A stretch of DNA of 53,962 nucleotides from Candidatus Polarisedimenticolia bacterium (GCA_035649355.1 DASRJS010000056.1:1-53962), one strand, 5' to 3'; shown: positions 16,072-26,043, counted from the first letter of the stretch. The notes: generated by a model from the letters alone, not told the origin. Program-made: numbers and translations.

Positions 16072-17175
16072 GTGGCCGAGTCGTCGATCGGAGAGCCCGC
16101 GAAGCGTGCCGAACGCGGCGGACGCGTGCCCCCCGTGCTTCGGCGCCTCGAATCGCGCTGGTCCGTCGAGAACGCAAACGTCGTCGCAGTCGCTGCGGTC
16201 GTCCTGACGGCGTTGGGCCAGCTCGCCGAGGACCTCGCCGACACCGAGCCCCTCCAGCTCCTGGAGCCGGCTGCCGCTGTCCGACGCTGGACGGTCATCG
16301 CCGCCGTGCTCTACCTCGTCGCGATCTCGCGCTTCGTCGACGTGTTCATCGAGCGTTCGCTCGATGACCTGAAGGCCGTCATGGACATCGACGCTCGGAA
16401 GTTCGGGCGCTACGCGCGGAGGCTCGGTCCGCTCCGGCTGCTGATCGACGCCACGGTGCTTGGCGGGGCGGCGCTCGTCGTCGTCGGCCTGTTCGTGGGC
16501 CTCGGCTCCGAGCTGCCGATCGACGATCCGGTGACCGGGCTCCCGATGCCGCTACCGGGCACGGCGCTTGGTCGAGTCGCTGTCCTGGCCGGTTACACGA
16601 TCGTCGGCTGGGCGGCGGTCAGCCTCGTGGTGTCGACGATCCGCCGCGCGATCGCGCTTGGACGGTTATCGCGCGAGGAGCTGAAGGTCGACGTCTTCGA
16701 CACGACGAACCTGCTGCCGTTCGGCAACATCGCGCTCGCGACCGCGCTCGCGCCGGCCGGTTTGATCGTGATCCTGCTCATCGGCTTCGGACGCCCGAGC
16801 GCGCCGGTCAGCTGGAGCATCCTCCTGCTCGCGACCGCGGCGAGCCTCGTTGCGTTGATCCTGCCCCTGCGCGGCGTCCATCGCCAGATGGAGCGCACGA
16901 AGGAGCAGGTCCTCGCGGGCCTGAACGCCAAGCTCCGCGCCATCTACGAGCGGGACCTGGGCAGCGCCGAGACCAGCGACACCGAGGCGGCCCACTTGAA
17001 CAACCGCGCATCGACGCTGACGGCCCTCCGGAAGGTGGTCGGCGAGATGACGACGTGGCCCTTCCAGGACACGCTCGCGTTCGGCCGAGCGGTCCTGATC
17101 GCCATGGCGCCGCTGATCTATACGATCGCGAGCGAGCTCATCAAAGTCTGGTTCATCAACCCGCTGATCACGTAG
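16072..17175 (+). CDS. Hypothetical multi-pass membrane protein
   Basis: GTG 16072 (or 16066) follows GGGGAG (16061-16066). It has about 6-7 hydrophobic helices and a polar segment [30 protein letters not shown]. The tracked start 15553 lies antisense to the isoprenoid-fold gene and is rejected. Confidence 0.55.
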   Translation: MAESSIGEPAKRAERGGRVPPVLRRLESRWSVENANVVAVAAVVLTALGQLAEDLADTEPLQLLEPAAAVRRWTVIAAVLYLVAISRFVDVFIERSLDDLKAVMDIDARKFGRYARRLGPLRLLIDATVLGGAALVVVGLFVGLGSELPIDDPVTGLPMPLPGTALGRVAVLAGYTIVGWAAVSLVVSTIRRAIALGRLSREELKVDVFDTTNLLPFGNIALATALAPAGLIVILLIGFGRPSAPVSWSILLLATAASLVALILPLRGVHRQMERTKEQVLAGLNAKLRAIYERDLGSAETSDTEAAHLNNRASTLTALRKVVGEMTTWPFQDTLAFGRAVLIAMAPLIYTIASELIKVWFINPLIT

Positions 17176-17281
17176 CGCGGCGGCCGATGATGGCATCGGA
17201 AGACCGAATCCGATGACCGGCGTAGGCTGGTCGCGACCCCGCGCCCTGATGCGTCCATCGACTTGTTCGAAGGAGGCTTCG

Positions 17282-18544
17282 ATGAGCGACCCCCAACGCC
17301 CCGCGCTCCGCACCCCCCGGCTGGGACGCCGCACGTTCCTCAAGGGATCGATCGCAACCGGGGCCGCGCTGGCCGGCGGCGGACTGTGGACGACCGCGAT
17401 CCAGCCGCGGCCCGTGAAGGCCGCCGACACGCCGATCGAGCACATCGTCGTCGCGATGCAGGAGAACCGCTCGTTCGACCACTACTTCGGATACGCGCCG
17501 TCCGTCCAGGCCGCCGGTTTCGGGCCGCCGCCCGGCTATAGCCAGCCGAACCCAGGCGGCACGCCGGATCCGGTGGAGCCGTATCGCTTCACCGAGCTCC
17601 AGACGCAGGACGTGCCCCACGACTGGGACTCCGTCCATGGACAGATGAACGGCGGAGCGATGAACGGGTTCATGACCCACTCAGGGATCTGGGCCATGGG
17701 CTACTACACGGACCAGGAGCTGCCGTTCTACTACTCGCTGCTCGAGGACTCGACGCTCTGCGCGAACTTCTTCTGTTCCCTGGCGGGCCCAACGTGGCCG
17801 AACCGCTTCTACCTGATGGCCGGGACATCGGGCGGCATCACGACGAACGGCATGTGGGGCTACGGGATTTTCGACCACCCGATGATCCTCGACCTCCTCG
17901 ACGCCGCCGGCGTGACCTGGAAGATCTACAACCTCGGCTGGGACAGCGTGCCCTACGGCAACACCGATAACGTCGCGGTCTTCTGGAAGAACTACGCCCA
18001 CGACATGCGGACGCGCGGCAGCCGCGGCGCCTACCTGAACGACGTTCGCAAGGGCCGTCTGCCTCAGGTCTCGTTCGTCATCCCGAGCTACGCCCGCGGC
18101 TGGGATGAGCATCCGCCGGCCGACGTCCAGGTCGGCATGAACCTGCAGGCCGACAACGTGAATGCGCTGCGCGAGTCGGAGCTCTGGGACAGCTCGGTCT
18201 ACATCATCACGTACGACGAGCATGGCGGGTATTTCGACCACGTGAGCCCACCGGTCGTGGATGCATTCGGGCTCGGGGTCCGCGTGCCGACCTGGGTGAT
18301 CTCGCCCTGGGCGAAGCCAGGGCACCTCGAGGGCCAGACCTACGAGTTCGCCTCGATCCTGCGGTTCATCGAGAAGACGTTCGGCCTGCCGACGCTGGCT
18401 TCGGTGAACCACGTGTTCGACTCGGGGACGCCGGTCGGCGGCAACTACCAGGCAGCCGCACCCGGCGCGATCGCCGGGCCACCCGCGCCACCGCGCGACG
18501 GCATTGAGTCGCTCGGCGATCTTTCGGAGTGCTTCACGTTCTGA
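17282..18544 (+). CDS. Tat-secreted phosphoesterase family protein (phospholipase C / acid phosphatase AcpA-like)
   Basis: ATG 17282 follows GAAGGAGG. The twin-arginine signal is [18 protein letters not shown]. The phosphoesterase block [17 protein letters not shown] is present. Confidence 0.85.
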   Translation: MSDPQRPALRTPRLGRRTFLKGSIATGAALAGGGLWTTAIQPRPVKAADTPIEHIVVAMQENRSFDHYFGYAPSVQAAGFGPPPGYSQPNPGGTPDPVEPYRFTELQTQDVPHDWDSVHGQMNGGAMNGFMTHSGIWAMGYYTDQELPFYYSLLEDSTLCANFFCSLAGPTWPNRFYLMAGTSGGITTNGMWGYGIFDHPMILDLLDAAGVTWKIYNLGWDSVPYGNTDNVAVFWKNYAHDMRTRGSRGAYLNDVRKGRLPQVSFVIPSYARGWDEHPPADVQVGMNLQADNVNALRESELWDSSVYIITYDEHGGYFDHVSPPVVDAFGLGVRVPTWVISPWAKPGHLEGQTYEFASILRFIEKTFGLPTLASVNHVFDSGTPVGGNYQAAAPGAIAGPPAPPRDGIESLGDLSECFTF

Positions 18545-18600
18545 GCTACGGTCGCCAATCGTGGCCGACCGACGCCTGAATACCGATCGGAGGTGGCGAC

Positions 18601-19101
18601 ATGCCCCGACTCTCGAAGATCAGCCCGTGCCTGTGGTTCGACGGTGACGCAGAAGCCGCCGCGAAGCTCTACACGTCGATCTTCCCGGACAGCCGGATCC
18701 TGAGCGTCGATCGCTCGCCGGCGGAGACGCCGAGCGGCCCGAAGGACATGGTCCTGACCGTGAACTTCGAGCTGTTCGGCCAGTCGTACATCGGCCTGAA
18801 CGGCGGTCCGGACTTCCAGTTCAGCGAGGCGGTCTCGTTCTCGATCGACTGCGAGGACCAGGCCGAGGTCGATCGCTATTGGGACGCGCTCCTGTCCGGC
18901 GGCGGCCAGGAGAGCGTCTGCGGCTGGCTGAAGGACCGCTTCGGTGTCTCCTGGCAGGTCATCCCGCGACAGCTGCCAGAAATGCTCTCGAGCCCTGATC
19001 GCGAAGCCGCCGGCCGCGCGATGGAGGCGATGCTGAAGATGGTCAAGATCGACGTCGCGGAGCTCGAGCGCGCGTTCGGGGCGGTCCCGGCCGGCCGCTG
19101 A
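18601..19101 (+). CDS. VOC family protein (PhnB / 3-demethylubiquinone-9 3-methyltransferase-domain-like)
   Basis: The pattern is ISPCLWFDGDAEAAAKLYTSIF ... IGLNGGPDFQFSEAVSFSIDCEDQAEVDRYWDALL...CGWLKDRFGVSWQV. Confidence 0.8.
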   Translation: MPRLSKISPCLWFDGDAEAAAKLYTSIFPDSRILSVDRSPAETPSGPKDMVLTVNFELFGQSYIGLNGGPDFQFSEAVSFSIDCEDQAEVDRYWDALLSGGGQESVCGWLKDRFGVSWQVIPRQLPEMLSSPDREAAGRAMEAMLKMVKIDVAELERAFGAVPAGR

Positions 19102-19130
19102 TTCCGGCGTACCGGCCGTCGGCTACGCGC

Positions 19131-20108
19131 TCAGAGCGCGAACAGTTGGCGCGCGTTCTCGCTCCGAACCGCGTCTCGCTGGTCGGGCGGCAGCGCGCCC
19201 GTATTCGCGAGTGACCCGGCGACATCGTGAACCTGGTGCGGCCAATCGGTCCCGAAGAGCACGCGTTCGGGGCCGGCGACCGAGATGAGGTAGCGGAGGG
19301 CGCCTGCGTCGTATGTCAGGCAGTCGTACCAGAACCGGCGCAGGTATTCGGTCGGCGACGCGGTCATCCGGCGCCGCTCCGGCAGCTCGACGGCGTCGCC
19401 CTTCTCGAAGCGACCGATGAGATAGGGCAGGGCGCCGCCACCGTGGGCAGCGATGAGCTTCACGTTCGGATGCCGATCGAGGAAGCCGTCGAAGATCATC
19501 CGGGTCAGCGCGAGGGTCGTGTCGAACATGAAGCCCACCGACCAGGAGAGGTCGTAGCTGCCCATGTCCATGAGATCGCTCCCGGGCGGCTCGCCCGGAT
19601 GGACGAGCACCGGCAGGCCGCGCCGGTCGATCTCGGCCCACACGGGTTCGAACCTGGGGTCCGTCAGGCTCATGCCGGCGACGTTGGCGATGACCATGAC
19701 GCCAACCGCGCCCTCGTCGCACGAGCGCGCGAGCTCCGCGATCGCGCGTACGGGGAACTGCCAGGGCAGGGACGCGAGCCACCGTATTCGATCGCCGTGC
19801 GTCGCCTGCGCCGCCGCCATCGAGGCGTTCGAGGAGCGCGCCGCATCGGCGCTGACGGCTTCGCCGCCCCAGTAGACGTTCGGGCACGTTAGCGAGACGA
19901 TCGAGATGTCGATTCCGGCGGCGTGCATGGCCTTCAGCCGCAGGTCGTAGTCGAAATGCCCCGGCTGCGGAAAGACGACGGGTGTGTCGCCTCGGAAGAT
20001 CTCGTCCCGGCCGTCCGGCCGAACCTGGATCCGGTACGGAGCGCCGTGCGCAACGAGCAGCTCCAGCCAGGCCCGCGTGAACATGTGCGTGTGGACGTCG
20101 ATGATCAC
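19131..20108 (-). CDS. Amidohydrolase-2 family protein (ACMSD-like metal-dependent hydrolase/decarboxylase)
   Basis: It has the N-terminal metal motif IIDVHTHMF, plus LIAAHGGGALPY and GTDWPH blocks. Confidence 0.8.
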   Translation of the reverse strand: MIIDVHTHMFTRAWLELLVAHGAPYRIQVRPDGRDEIFRGDTPVVFPQPGHFDYDLRLKAMHAAGIDISIVSLTCPNVYWGGEAVSADAARSSNASMAAAQATHGDRIRWLASLPWQFPVRAIAELARSCDEGAVGVMVIANVAGMSLTDPRFEPVWAEIDRRGLPVLVHPGEPPGSDLMDMGSYDLSWSVGFMFDTTLALTRMIFDGFLDRHPNVKLIAAHGGGALPYLIGRFEKGDAVELPERRRMTASPTEYLRRFWYDCLTYDAGALRYLISVAGPERVLFGTDWPHQVHDVAGSLANTGALPPDQRDAVRSENARQLFAL

Positions 20109-20345
20109 GGCGATCAGCTGCTCCTCATGCGTTGCCGCGATTGTGCGTGAATTCCCCGACGTCTCGGAGTCGCATCCGCCAGGTCATCGCAGTGCGCCTG
20201 TCCCGTAACGAACTGAAACGCGGTTGAAACGTCGCGATCCGGGCCGCTCGGATCCGGCCCATGCGTGCAGGCGTAGGTTCAGGTATCGAACCCGTGCAGG
20301 GCGCCCGGCCCCGGCCGGCGCCTGTCGCCTAGGAGGACCCGCCCC

Positions 20346-21245
20346 ATGCGTCGCTGGCTTTCCCCGTTCGCCGCGCTCATTGCGGTGGCCATCACGGCTG
20401 CGCCGTCCCTCGCGGCAGCCCCGTTCCCTGCGCAGATCGACCTGCCCGACGGCTGGAGCCCCGAAGGGATCACCGTGGGCCGCGGCCTGACCGCATACGT
20501 CGGCTCGCTCGCCGATGGCGGGATCGCGCAGATCAACCTTCGAACGGGCGACGTCAACGAGGACTTCGTCGAGAGTGCATCCGGGCCGGCGGTCGGCATC
20601 GACTACGAGGCCGGGGCGGACCGCCTTTGGGTTGCGGGCGGGCCGAGCGGTCAGGTACGCGCCTACGATGCGTCCAGCGGCCAGCTCCTCGAGACCTACA
20701 TCTTCTCATCGGGCTTCATCAACGACGTGGCGGTGACGAACGACGCCGTGTACGCGACCGACTCGTTCATCCCACAGGTCCTGGTGATCCCGCTGGCTGC
20801 GGGTGGCGGATTGCCGGACCCGGCCGACGCCTTCACGGTCGACATCCAGCCGCCATTCACCTACGTCGGCGGCTTCAACGCGAACGGCATCGTCGCCTTT
20901 GGGGGCTGGCTCATCATCCCGAACTCAACGACCGGCCAGCTCTTCGCCGTGGACCCGACGTCCGGCCGCAGCGTGGAGCTGCTGCCTGCAGGCTCGGTCA
21001 CGTTTGCCGATGGCCTGGAGCTGGTGGGCAGCTCGTTGTTCGTGGTGCGCAACCAGCTTGCCCAGATCGACCTCTACTCGATCCGTGGCGGCGCCGTGCC
21101 GTTCGTGGCGACGCTCGATACGAACGATCTCAACCTCGAAATCCCGACGACCGCGGCGTTTGCGGGCGGTCAGCTGTGGGTCGTCAACGCCCGCTTCGGC
21201 GCCACCGACGGCAAATACTGGATCACGCGGGTGCCGATGGGCTGA
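20346..21245 (+). CDS. Secreted beta-propeller-like protein (SMP-30/gluconolactonase/LRE-like?)
   Basis: AGGAGGA lies at 20331-20337. The signal peptide is MRRWLSPFAALIAVAITAAPSLAAA. Repeated short beta-strand modules (PEGITVG..., GIDYE..., NDVAVT..., NGIVAF...) are present. The fold assignment is tentative. Confidence 0.5.
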   Translation: MRRWLSPFAALIAVAITAAPSLAAAPFPAQIDLPDGWSPEGITVGRGLTAYVGSLADGGIAQINLRTGDVNEDFVESASGPAVGIDYEAGADRLWVAGGPSGQVRAYDASSGQLLETYIFSSGFINDVAVTNDAVYATDSFIPQVLVIPLAAGGGLPDPADAFTVDIQPPFTYVGGFNANGIVAFGGWLIIPNSTTGQLFAVDPTSGRSVELLPAGSVTFADGLELVGSSLFVVRNQLAQIDLYSIRGGAVPFVATLDTNDLNLEIPTTAAFAGGQLWVVNARFGATDGKYWITRVPMG

Positions 21246-22500
21246 GGCCCGCGCCGAGATCATCCAAGGATCTCAGCCGAGTGATCCGGACGGCAAGGTA
21301 GGGGAGGCTGCCGGCGAGCAGGCCGATCCCAGATAGGACGAGCGCCGCACGGAGGCCCAACGCCTCCGCGACGAGTCCGCCGATGACCGTGCCGACGGGG
21401 ATCGCGCCGAAGATCACGAGGCGGAACACGGCCGCAACCCGCGCCCGCAGGTGATCCGGCGTGAGTGTCTGCCGGAGCGTCACCTGGTTGACGTTGTGAA
21501 CGGCGATCCCGAAGCCGTTTGCAAAGAACATCGCGCTGAACGTCCAACCGATGAGGTCTTGCGGGGCGACCGCAAATAGCAGCATCGACGGTCCGAACAA
21601 GCCGACGCCGAGCTGCATCGTGCGCCCCATACCGAGGCGGACTGACATTGCCCGGGCGACAGCAGCGCCGGCGAGGTATCCGGTGCTTCCAACTGCAAAC
21701 GCAAGCCCGACCTCTGCTGGCGACAGCCCGCCGACATCGACCAGGTAGAGGACCGCGATGCCCATCGCGATCGCCCGGGCGAGGTTGTTGATACCCGCGG
21801 TCGCGGTAATCGCGCGAACGATCGGCTGTCTCATGACGAATCGCAGGCCGGCGGCGAGCTCGGTGCGATTCGACCGGCGCGCCTGAGGGCTCGGCTGCGG
21901 GGGTTCGAGCGCCCGGATGGAAGCGACGACCAACGCCGAGAGGACGAAGGACAGGGCATCACCGACAAGCGCGATGGGCGCCGTCAAGGCCGCGACGAGG
22001 GCACCGCCGAGGGCTGGCCCGACGACCAAGGCGGACGAGCGCGCAAGTTCGATCCTCGCATTTGCCCGGTGCAGCGCGTCGCCGGCCAGCAGGCGCGGGA
22101 GCCAGCCTGCGTATGCCAGGTCGAAGAACGTGCCGGCCGCGCTGACGAGCAGGCCAACGAGGGCGAGCAGCGGAATGCTGAGAAGGTCGAGCACGGCCAG
22201 CACCGGGATCGATCCCACCAGCGAGGCCCGCGCGAGATCGGCCGTCACGAGCAACGGCCAGCGCCGGGATTGCCGATCGACCCAAGCTCCGGTCGGAAGG
22301 CTTAGCACAAGAATCGGCAGCGCCTGCGCCGCGCCGATTAGAGCAAGCTCAGCCGGGGACGCGTGAAGGACGAGGACCGCGGTGAGCGGCAACGCGACGA
22401 CCGAAATCGCATCGCCCACGCGGCTGACGGCCTCCGCGAGGAACGTCCGCGAGACGACGCGCTCGGCCGGCCGGTCGCCCTGGGGCGGGGCCGGTTGCAT
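21223..22500 (-). CDS. MFS transporter (EntS/MFS_3-like)
   Basis: It has about 12 TM helices and the N-terminal RTFLAEAVSRVGDAISVVALPL motif shared with the two other MFS genes in the window. Its 3' end overlaps the convergent gene by 23 nt. Confidence 0.85.
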   Translation of the reverse strand: MQPAPPQGDRPAERVVSRTFLAEAVSRVGDAISVVALPLTAVLVLHASPAELALIGAAQALPILVLSLPTGAWVDRQSRRWPLLVTADLARASLVGSIPVLAVLDLLSIPLLALVGLLVSAAGTFFDLAYAGWLPRLLAGDALHRANARIELARSSALVVGPALGGALVAALTAPIALVGDALSFVLSALVVASIRALEPPQPSPQARRSNRTELAAGLRFVMRQPIVRAITATAGINNLARAIAMGIAVLYLVDVGGLSPAEVGLAFAVGSTGYLAGAAVARAMSVRLGMGRTMQLGVGLFGPSMLLFAVAPQDLIGWTFSAMFFANGFGIAVHNVNQVTLRQTLTPDHLRARVAAVFRLVIFGAIPVGTVIGGLVAEALGLRAALVLSGIGLLAGSLPYLAVRITRLRSLDDLGAGLSPSAPA

Positions 22501-22581
22501 TGGCGGCAGCGTACCGCGTCGCTCAGGCTCCGTGACGAACAGAGAGCGCCGGCGCGCGGCGGATCGAACGGCCCGTGAGCC

Positions 22582-23556
22582 TCAGCGCCAGTCCGGAATT
22601 CCGCCCAGCGCCTGGCTGATCCCTTCGGCGTGGAGCTCGAGTCGCCCGGTGCCGTCGACGCGAACGACGAACAGCGCGTGGCCCGAGATCAGGAGGTACC
22701 GGCTGTCGGGCGACCACGCAACGAACTGGCCGATCTCGGGCGTGACTCGGCGCTCGTTGGACCCGTCCGCGTCGATAACCCAGATGTCGTGATGCGGCCC
22801 ATCCCGACCGGCGTCCCAGCACTCCAGGTCCGTCGAGAAGGTGCAATCATCGCGCTCGGTCGTGAACGCGATCATCGAGCCATCGGGTGACCAGGCGGCC
22901 CAGCTGTCGTCACCCGGCGCGTCATTGAGCGACGTGACTGCGCCAGTCGCGATGTCGGCAATGAAGAGCCCGTAGGTCGGGCCGTCCGCGGCCTCGAAGA
23001 CGACGCGCTTGCCGTCAGGCGAGAAGGACGGGTACTCCAGCCAGCCATCGTGGTCGATCTGGCGGAGGTTCGAACCGTCCGGGTCCATCAGGAAGCCGCG
23101 AAGCTTGCCACCGTCGCGATCGGAGTTGAAGGCGATCGTCGAGCCGTCCGGGGACCAGTCCGGGCCCCAGTCGTTGGCCGGGTTGTTCGTGAGGTTCCGC
23201 GCGTCAGTACCGTCCGCGCGAACGACATAGATCTCGTCGTCGACGTTCATCCCCCGAGTCGAGTCGCGATAGACCACCCACTCGCCGTCGGGTGACCAGG
23301 CCCCGTCGAACTCGTCACCCGCGGGATCGCCAGCCACCTTGACGACATTCGAACCATCGACGTCCATGACGTACACGTCTTCGAAGTCGTCGAACACGAT
23401 CTCCCCGGACAGATCCGAGATCTCGATCGGGTCGCCCACGAGGATGCCGGCCTTGCTGAGGTGCTCGATCCGAGTCGGGGACGGCGCCGGCGTCGGTGTC
23501 GGGCCAGAGCAGGCAAGCACGACGAGGGCAAAGAGAGCGCTCACGATCGGTCGCAT
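22582..23556 (-). CDS. TolB-like / PD40 beta-propeller lipoprotein
   Basis: The lipobox signal is LFALVVLACSG. Repeated WSPDG-type blades are present (AWSPDGEWVVY, DWSPDGSTIAF, SFSPDGKRVVF, AWSPDGSMIAF, AWSPDSRYLLI). Confidence 0.8.
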   Translation of the reverse strand: MRPIVSALFALVVLACSGPTPTPAPSPTRIEHLSKAGILVGDPIEISDLSGEIVFDDFEDVYVMDVDGSNVVKVAGDPAGDEFDGAWSPDGEWVVYRDSTRGMNVDDEIYVVRADGTDARNLTNNPANDWGPDWSPDGSTIAFNSDRDGGKLRGFLMDPDGSNLRQIDHDGWLEYPSFSPDGKRVVFEAADGPTYGLFIADIATGAVTSLNDAPGDDSWAAWSPDGSMIAFTTERDDCTFSTDLECWDAGRDGPHHDIWVIDADGSNERRVTPEIGQFVAWSPDSRYLLISGHALFVVRVDGTGRLELHAEGISQALGGIPDWR

Positions 23557-23595
23557 GGGACTTCTACGCCCGTCGACCGGTCGGGGTTCCGCGGC

Positions 23596-24036
23596 CTAGC
23601 GACCGGCCGAACGTGCCTCTGCTTCCGCAAGGCGTCCGAAGTCCTCGAGCTCACCGCGGAAGCTGCCCCTGTACGACCCGCGTGACCAGATCCACGACGT
23701 GATCGCTGGGACGATGCCCTCGGTCTGGAAGACCTGGGTCAGCTTCGTGCCGGTGCCGGTCGGCTCGAGCGTCGCGCGGTTGCGGCCCCGCAGATACCAG
23801 TTCCCGAACTTCGTTGCGAAGACCTTCGGCCGGTCGACCTCGATGACCTCGGTCCAGCTCCTCACGGGCCCGAAGCGGACGAGGTATCGCGACCCGACGG
23901 CGTCTACCGACCCGGTCCGCTCCTCGACGCCGGTCATGCCCTGGATCCACTCCTGCATCCGGTCGAGGTTCGTCCAGAGGTCGAACACAACCTCAGGTGG
24001 GGCGGCGATGTCGATTTCGAACGTGTAGCGGGCCAC
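23596..24036 (-). CDS. SRPBCC family protein (polyketide cyclase/dehydrase-like)
   Basis: The pattern is FEIDIAAPPEVVFDLWTNLDRMQEWIQGM ... ATLEPTGTGTKLT. Confidence 0.75.
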   Translation of the reverse strand: MARYTFEIDIAAPPEVVFDLWTNLDRMQEWIQGMTGVEERTGSVDAVGSRYLVRFGPVRSWTEVIEVDRPKVFATKFGNWYLRGRNRATLEPTGTGTKLTQVFQTEGIVPAITSWIWSRGSYRGSFRGELEDFGRLAEAEARSAGR

Positions 24037-24101
24037 GGCGCAACACTACGCCGCCGAAGATTGAGTCGTCAGGCCCTCATTGACGCCCGTACCGTTCGGA
24101 C

Positions 24102-24650
24102 ATGGATGCCGAACTCGTGATTCGAGCGCAGCGTGGCGATGAGGAGGCCTTCGCGAGCCTCAGCGTCGCGTGCGGCGATCGGCTCCATGCGGTGGCGCAC
24201 AGGATCCTGCGCGACATCGAGCTTGCCGAGGATGCGACGCAGCGGGCGCTGCTGAGCATCTGGCAGGACCTTCCGCAGCTTCGCGACCCGGCGCACTTTG
24301 ACGCCTGGTCGTACCGGCTCCTCGTGCGCGCCTGCTACGCCGAGGCCCGCCGGACCCGGCAATGGACCCCGAACCTCCGACTGCTACCGGACGACGATCC
24401 GTCGGCAGGCGAAGGTCTGAGCGACGTCGTGGATCGCGACCAGCTCGAGCGCGGGTTTCGCCGGCTGTCCATCGACCATCGCGCGGTCGTGGTCCTGCAC
24501 CACTACCTCGACCTTCCGCTCGAGGGGATCGCCGAAGCTCTCGGCGTGCCCCTCGGCACGGTTCGATCACGTCTCCATTACGCGATGCGCGCCCTTCGCG
24601 CGGCCCTCGAGGCCGACGCCAGACCGACAGCTCAAGAGGCGACCCGGTGA
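24102..24650 (+). CDS. ECF-type RNA polymerase sigma-70 factor
   Basis: Region 2 reads QRGDEEAFASL...AEDATQRALLSIWQDLPQL. Region 4 HTH reads LPLEGIAEALGVPLGTVRSRLHYAMRAL. Confidence 0.9.
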   Translation: MDAELVIRAQRGDEEAFASLSVACGDRLHAVAHRILRDIELAEDATQRALLSIWQDLPQLRDPAHFDAWSYRLLVRACYAEARRTRQWTPNLRLLPDDDPSAGEGLSDVVDRDQLERGFRRLSIDHRAVVVLHHYLDLPLEGIAEALGVPLGTVRSRLHYAMRALRAALEADARPTAQEATR

Positions 24651-25972
24651 AGACCGAACGCGAAACGACCCGCATCGTCCGCTCGTGGCTGGAGGTGGGC
24701 GCGGACCGGCTCCCGGACCGCGTCCTCGACTCCGTCCTCGATCAACTGCCGCTCTATCACCAGCGTCGGCGGAAGTCGCCGGTGCGGAGGTTGCCAACAA
24801 TGTTTACGCCATTTCGCGTGGCGGCCGCCGCTGTGGCAGTCGTCCTCCTGACGGCGACCGCGATCGCCACCCTGCGCCCGGAAGACAACGTCGGCAAGAC
24901 GCCGACCCCCTCGACCTCGCTTCTCGCCTCGACATCGACTCCAGCCGCGGCGGCACCAGGGTGGACAAGCACCGGGATCATGAACCAGGCCCGCGCCGAC
25001 CACACGGCCTCGCTGCTCCCCAACGGTCGAGGGCTGGTGGCTGGCGGCGGCGTCTACCTCCGCACGCTTGCGTCCGCAGAGGTCTACGACCCGGACAGCG
25101 GGAATTGGACGGCCACCGACAGCATGATCGAGGACCGCTCCCATCACACGGCCACCCTGCTGCCCGGTGGCACGGTGCTCGTGGCAGGCGGCCGCATGGC
25201 CACCCGCGACGGCCAGCTCTACGGATTTAAGGAGGGCCTCGCTTCCGCGGAGCTGTATGACCCCCGGACCGGGACCTGGTCCGCCACTGAGGGCATGATC
25301 GAGGGCCGCTCCCATCACACGGCCACCCTGCTGCCCAATGGCACGGTGCTCGTGGCCGGCGGTCGCAGCAGCAGCGATGGCGGCCTGGCTTCCGCCGAGC
25401 TGTACGATCCTCGGACCGGCACCTGGGCCGCCACCGGGAGCATGATGGGCGCTCGGGAGGGTCACACCGCCACGCTTCTGCCCGATGGCACCGTGCTCGT
25501 GGCCAGCGGCGATACCGCCGAGCTATACGACCCGAGCACCGGGTCCTGGACCCCCATCGCAAGCATGATCGGGACTCGCTACTCCCACACAGCCACCCTC
25601 CTGGGTAACGGCACGGTCCTGGTGGCGGGCGGCTATCGCGGCAGCGGCCTTCACTCTGATTCATCGTCTTCGGCGGAGCTATACGACCCGGTGAGCCGCC
25701 GCTGGACGACGACCGCGAGCATGCTCGTGCCAGATGCCTACAAGGCAGCCACCCTCCTGGCCGATGGCAGGGTGCTCGTTGTCGGCGGCTTCATGCTCGG
25801 ATATGGGGGATCGGGATCTGGGTCCTCAGCGGAGGTGTATGACCCGCGCACCGGGTCGTGGACCGACGTCGCCTTCGCGTCGGGCAGCGGTACCACGGCC
25901 ACCCTGTTGCTCGACGGCACCGTCCTCGTGGCTGGCGCGAGCTTCCCTAGAGCCCACCTGTACAACCCTTGA
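24647..25972 (+). CDS. Membrane-anchored Kelch-repeat protein in the anti-sigma position
   Basis: GTG 24647 overlaps the sigma stop (GTGA). A ~50-aa cytoplasmic N-terminus is followed by a TM helix (FRVAAAAVAVVLLTATAIA). At least 6 Kelch-like blades each carry SAE(L/V)YDP..G.W...  and HTATLLP.GTVLVAGG. The tracked start 24362 lies inside the sigma gene. Confidence 0.75.
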   Translation: MKTERETTRIVRSWLEVGADRLPDRVLDSVLDQLPLYHQRRRKSPVRRLPTMFTPFRVAAAAVAVVLLTATAIATLRPEDNVGKTPTPSTSLLASTSTPAAAAPGWTSTGIMNQARADHTASLLPNGRGLVAGGGVYLRTLASAEVYDPDSGNWTATDSMIEDRSHHTATLLPGGTVLVAGGRMATRDGQLYGFKEGLASAELYDPRTGTWSATEGMIEGRSHHTATLLPNGTVLVAGGRSSSDGGLASAELYDPRTGTWAATGSMMGAREGHTATLLPDGTVLVASGDTAELYDPSTGSWTPIASMIGTRYSHTATLLGNGTVLVAGGYRGSGLHSDSSSSAELYDPVSRRWTTTASMLVPDAYKAATLLADGRVLVVGGFMLGYGGSGSGSSAEVYDPRTGSWTDVAFASGSGTTATLLLDGTVLVAGASFPRAHLYNP

Positions 25973-26043
25973 TAGCGATCGCATTCACCCTGAGTCCAAC
26001 GCTGCGCGGCTAGGGCGGGGTAACGCTCGCCGTCACCGATCTG

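Noticed and set aside
20264-20300. tRNA-like element. The minus strand reads ACGGGTTCGATACCTGA (a T-arm-like GGTTCGATACC), flanked by direct repeats CGTGCAGG. It could have been a tRNA gene or an integration-site remnant.
   Set aside because: I found no acceptor stem, D-arm or anticodon arm on either side. The T-stem has only 4 pairs. No integrase or island boundary is nearby. It is most likely chance.
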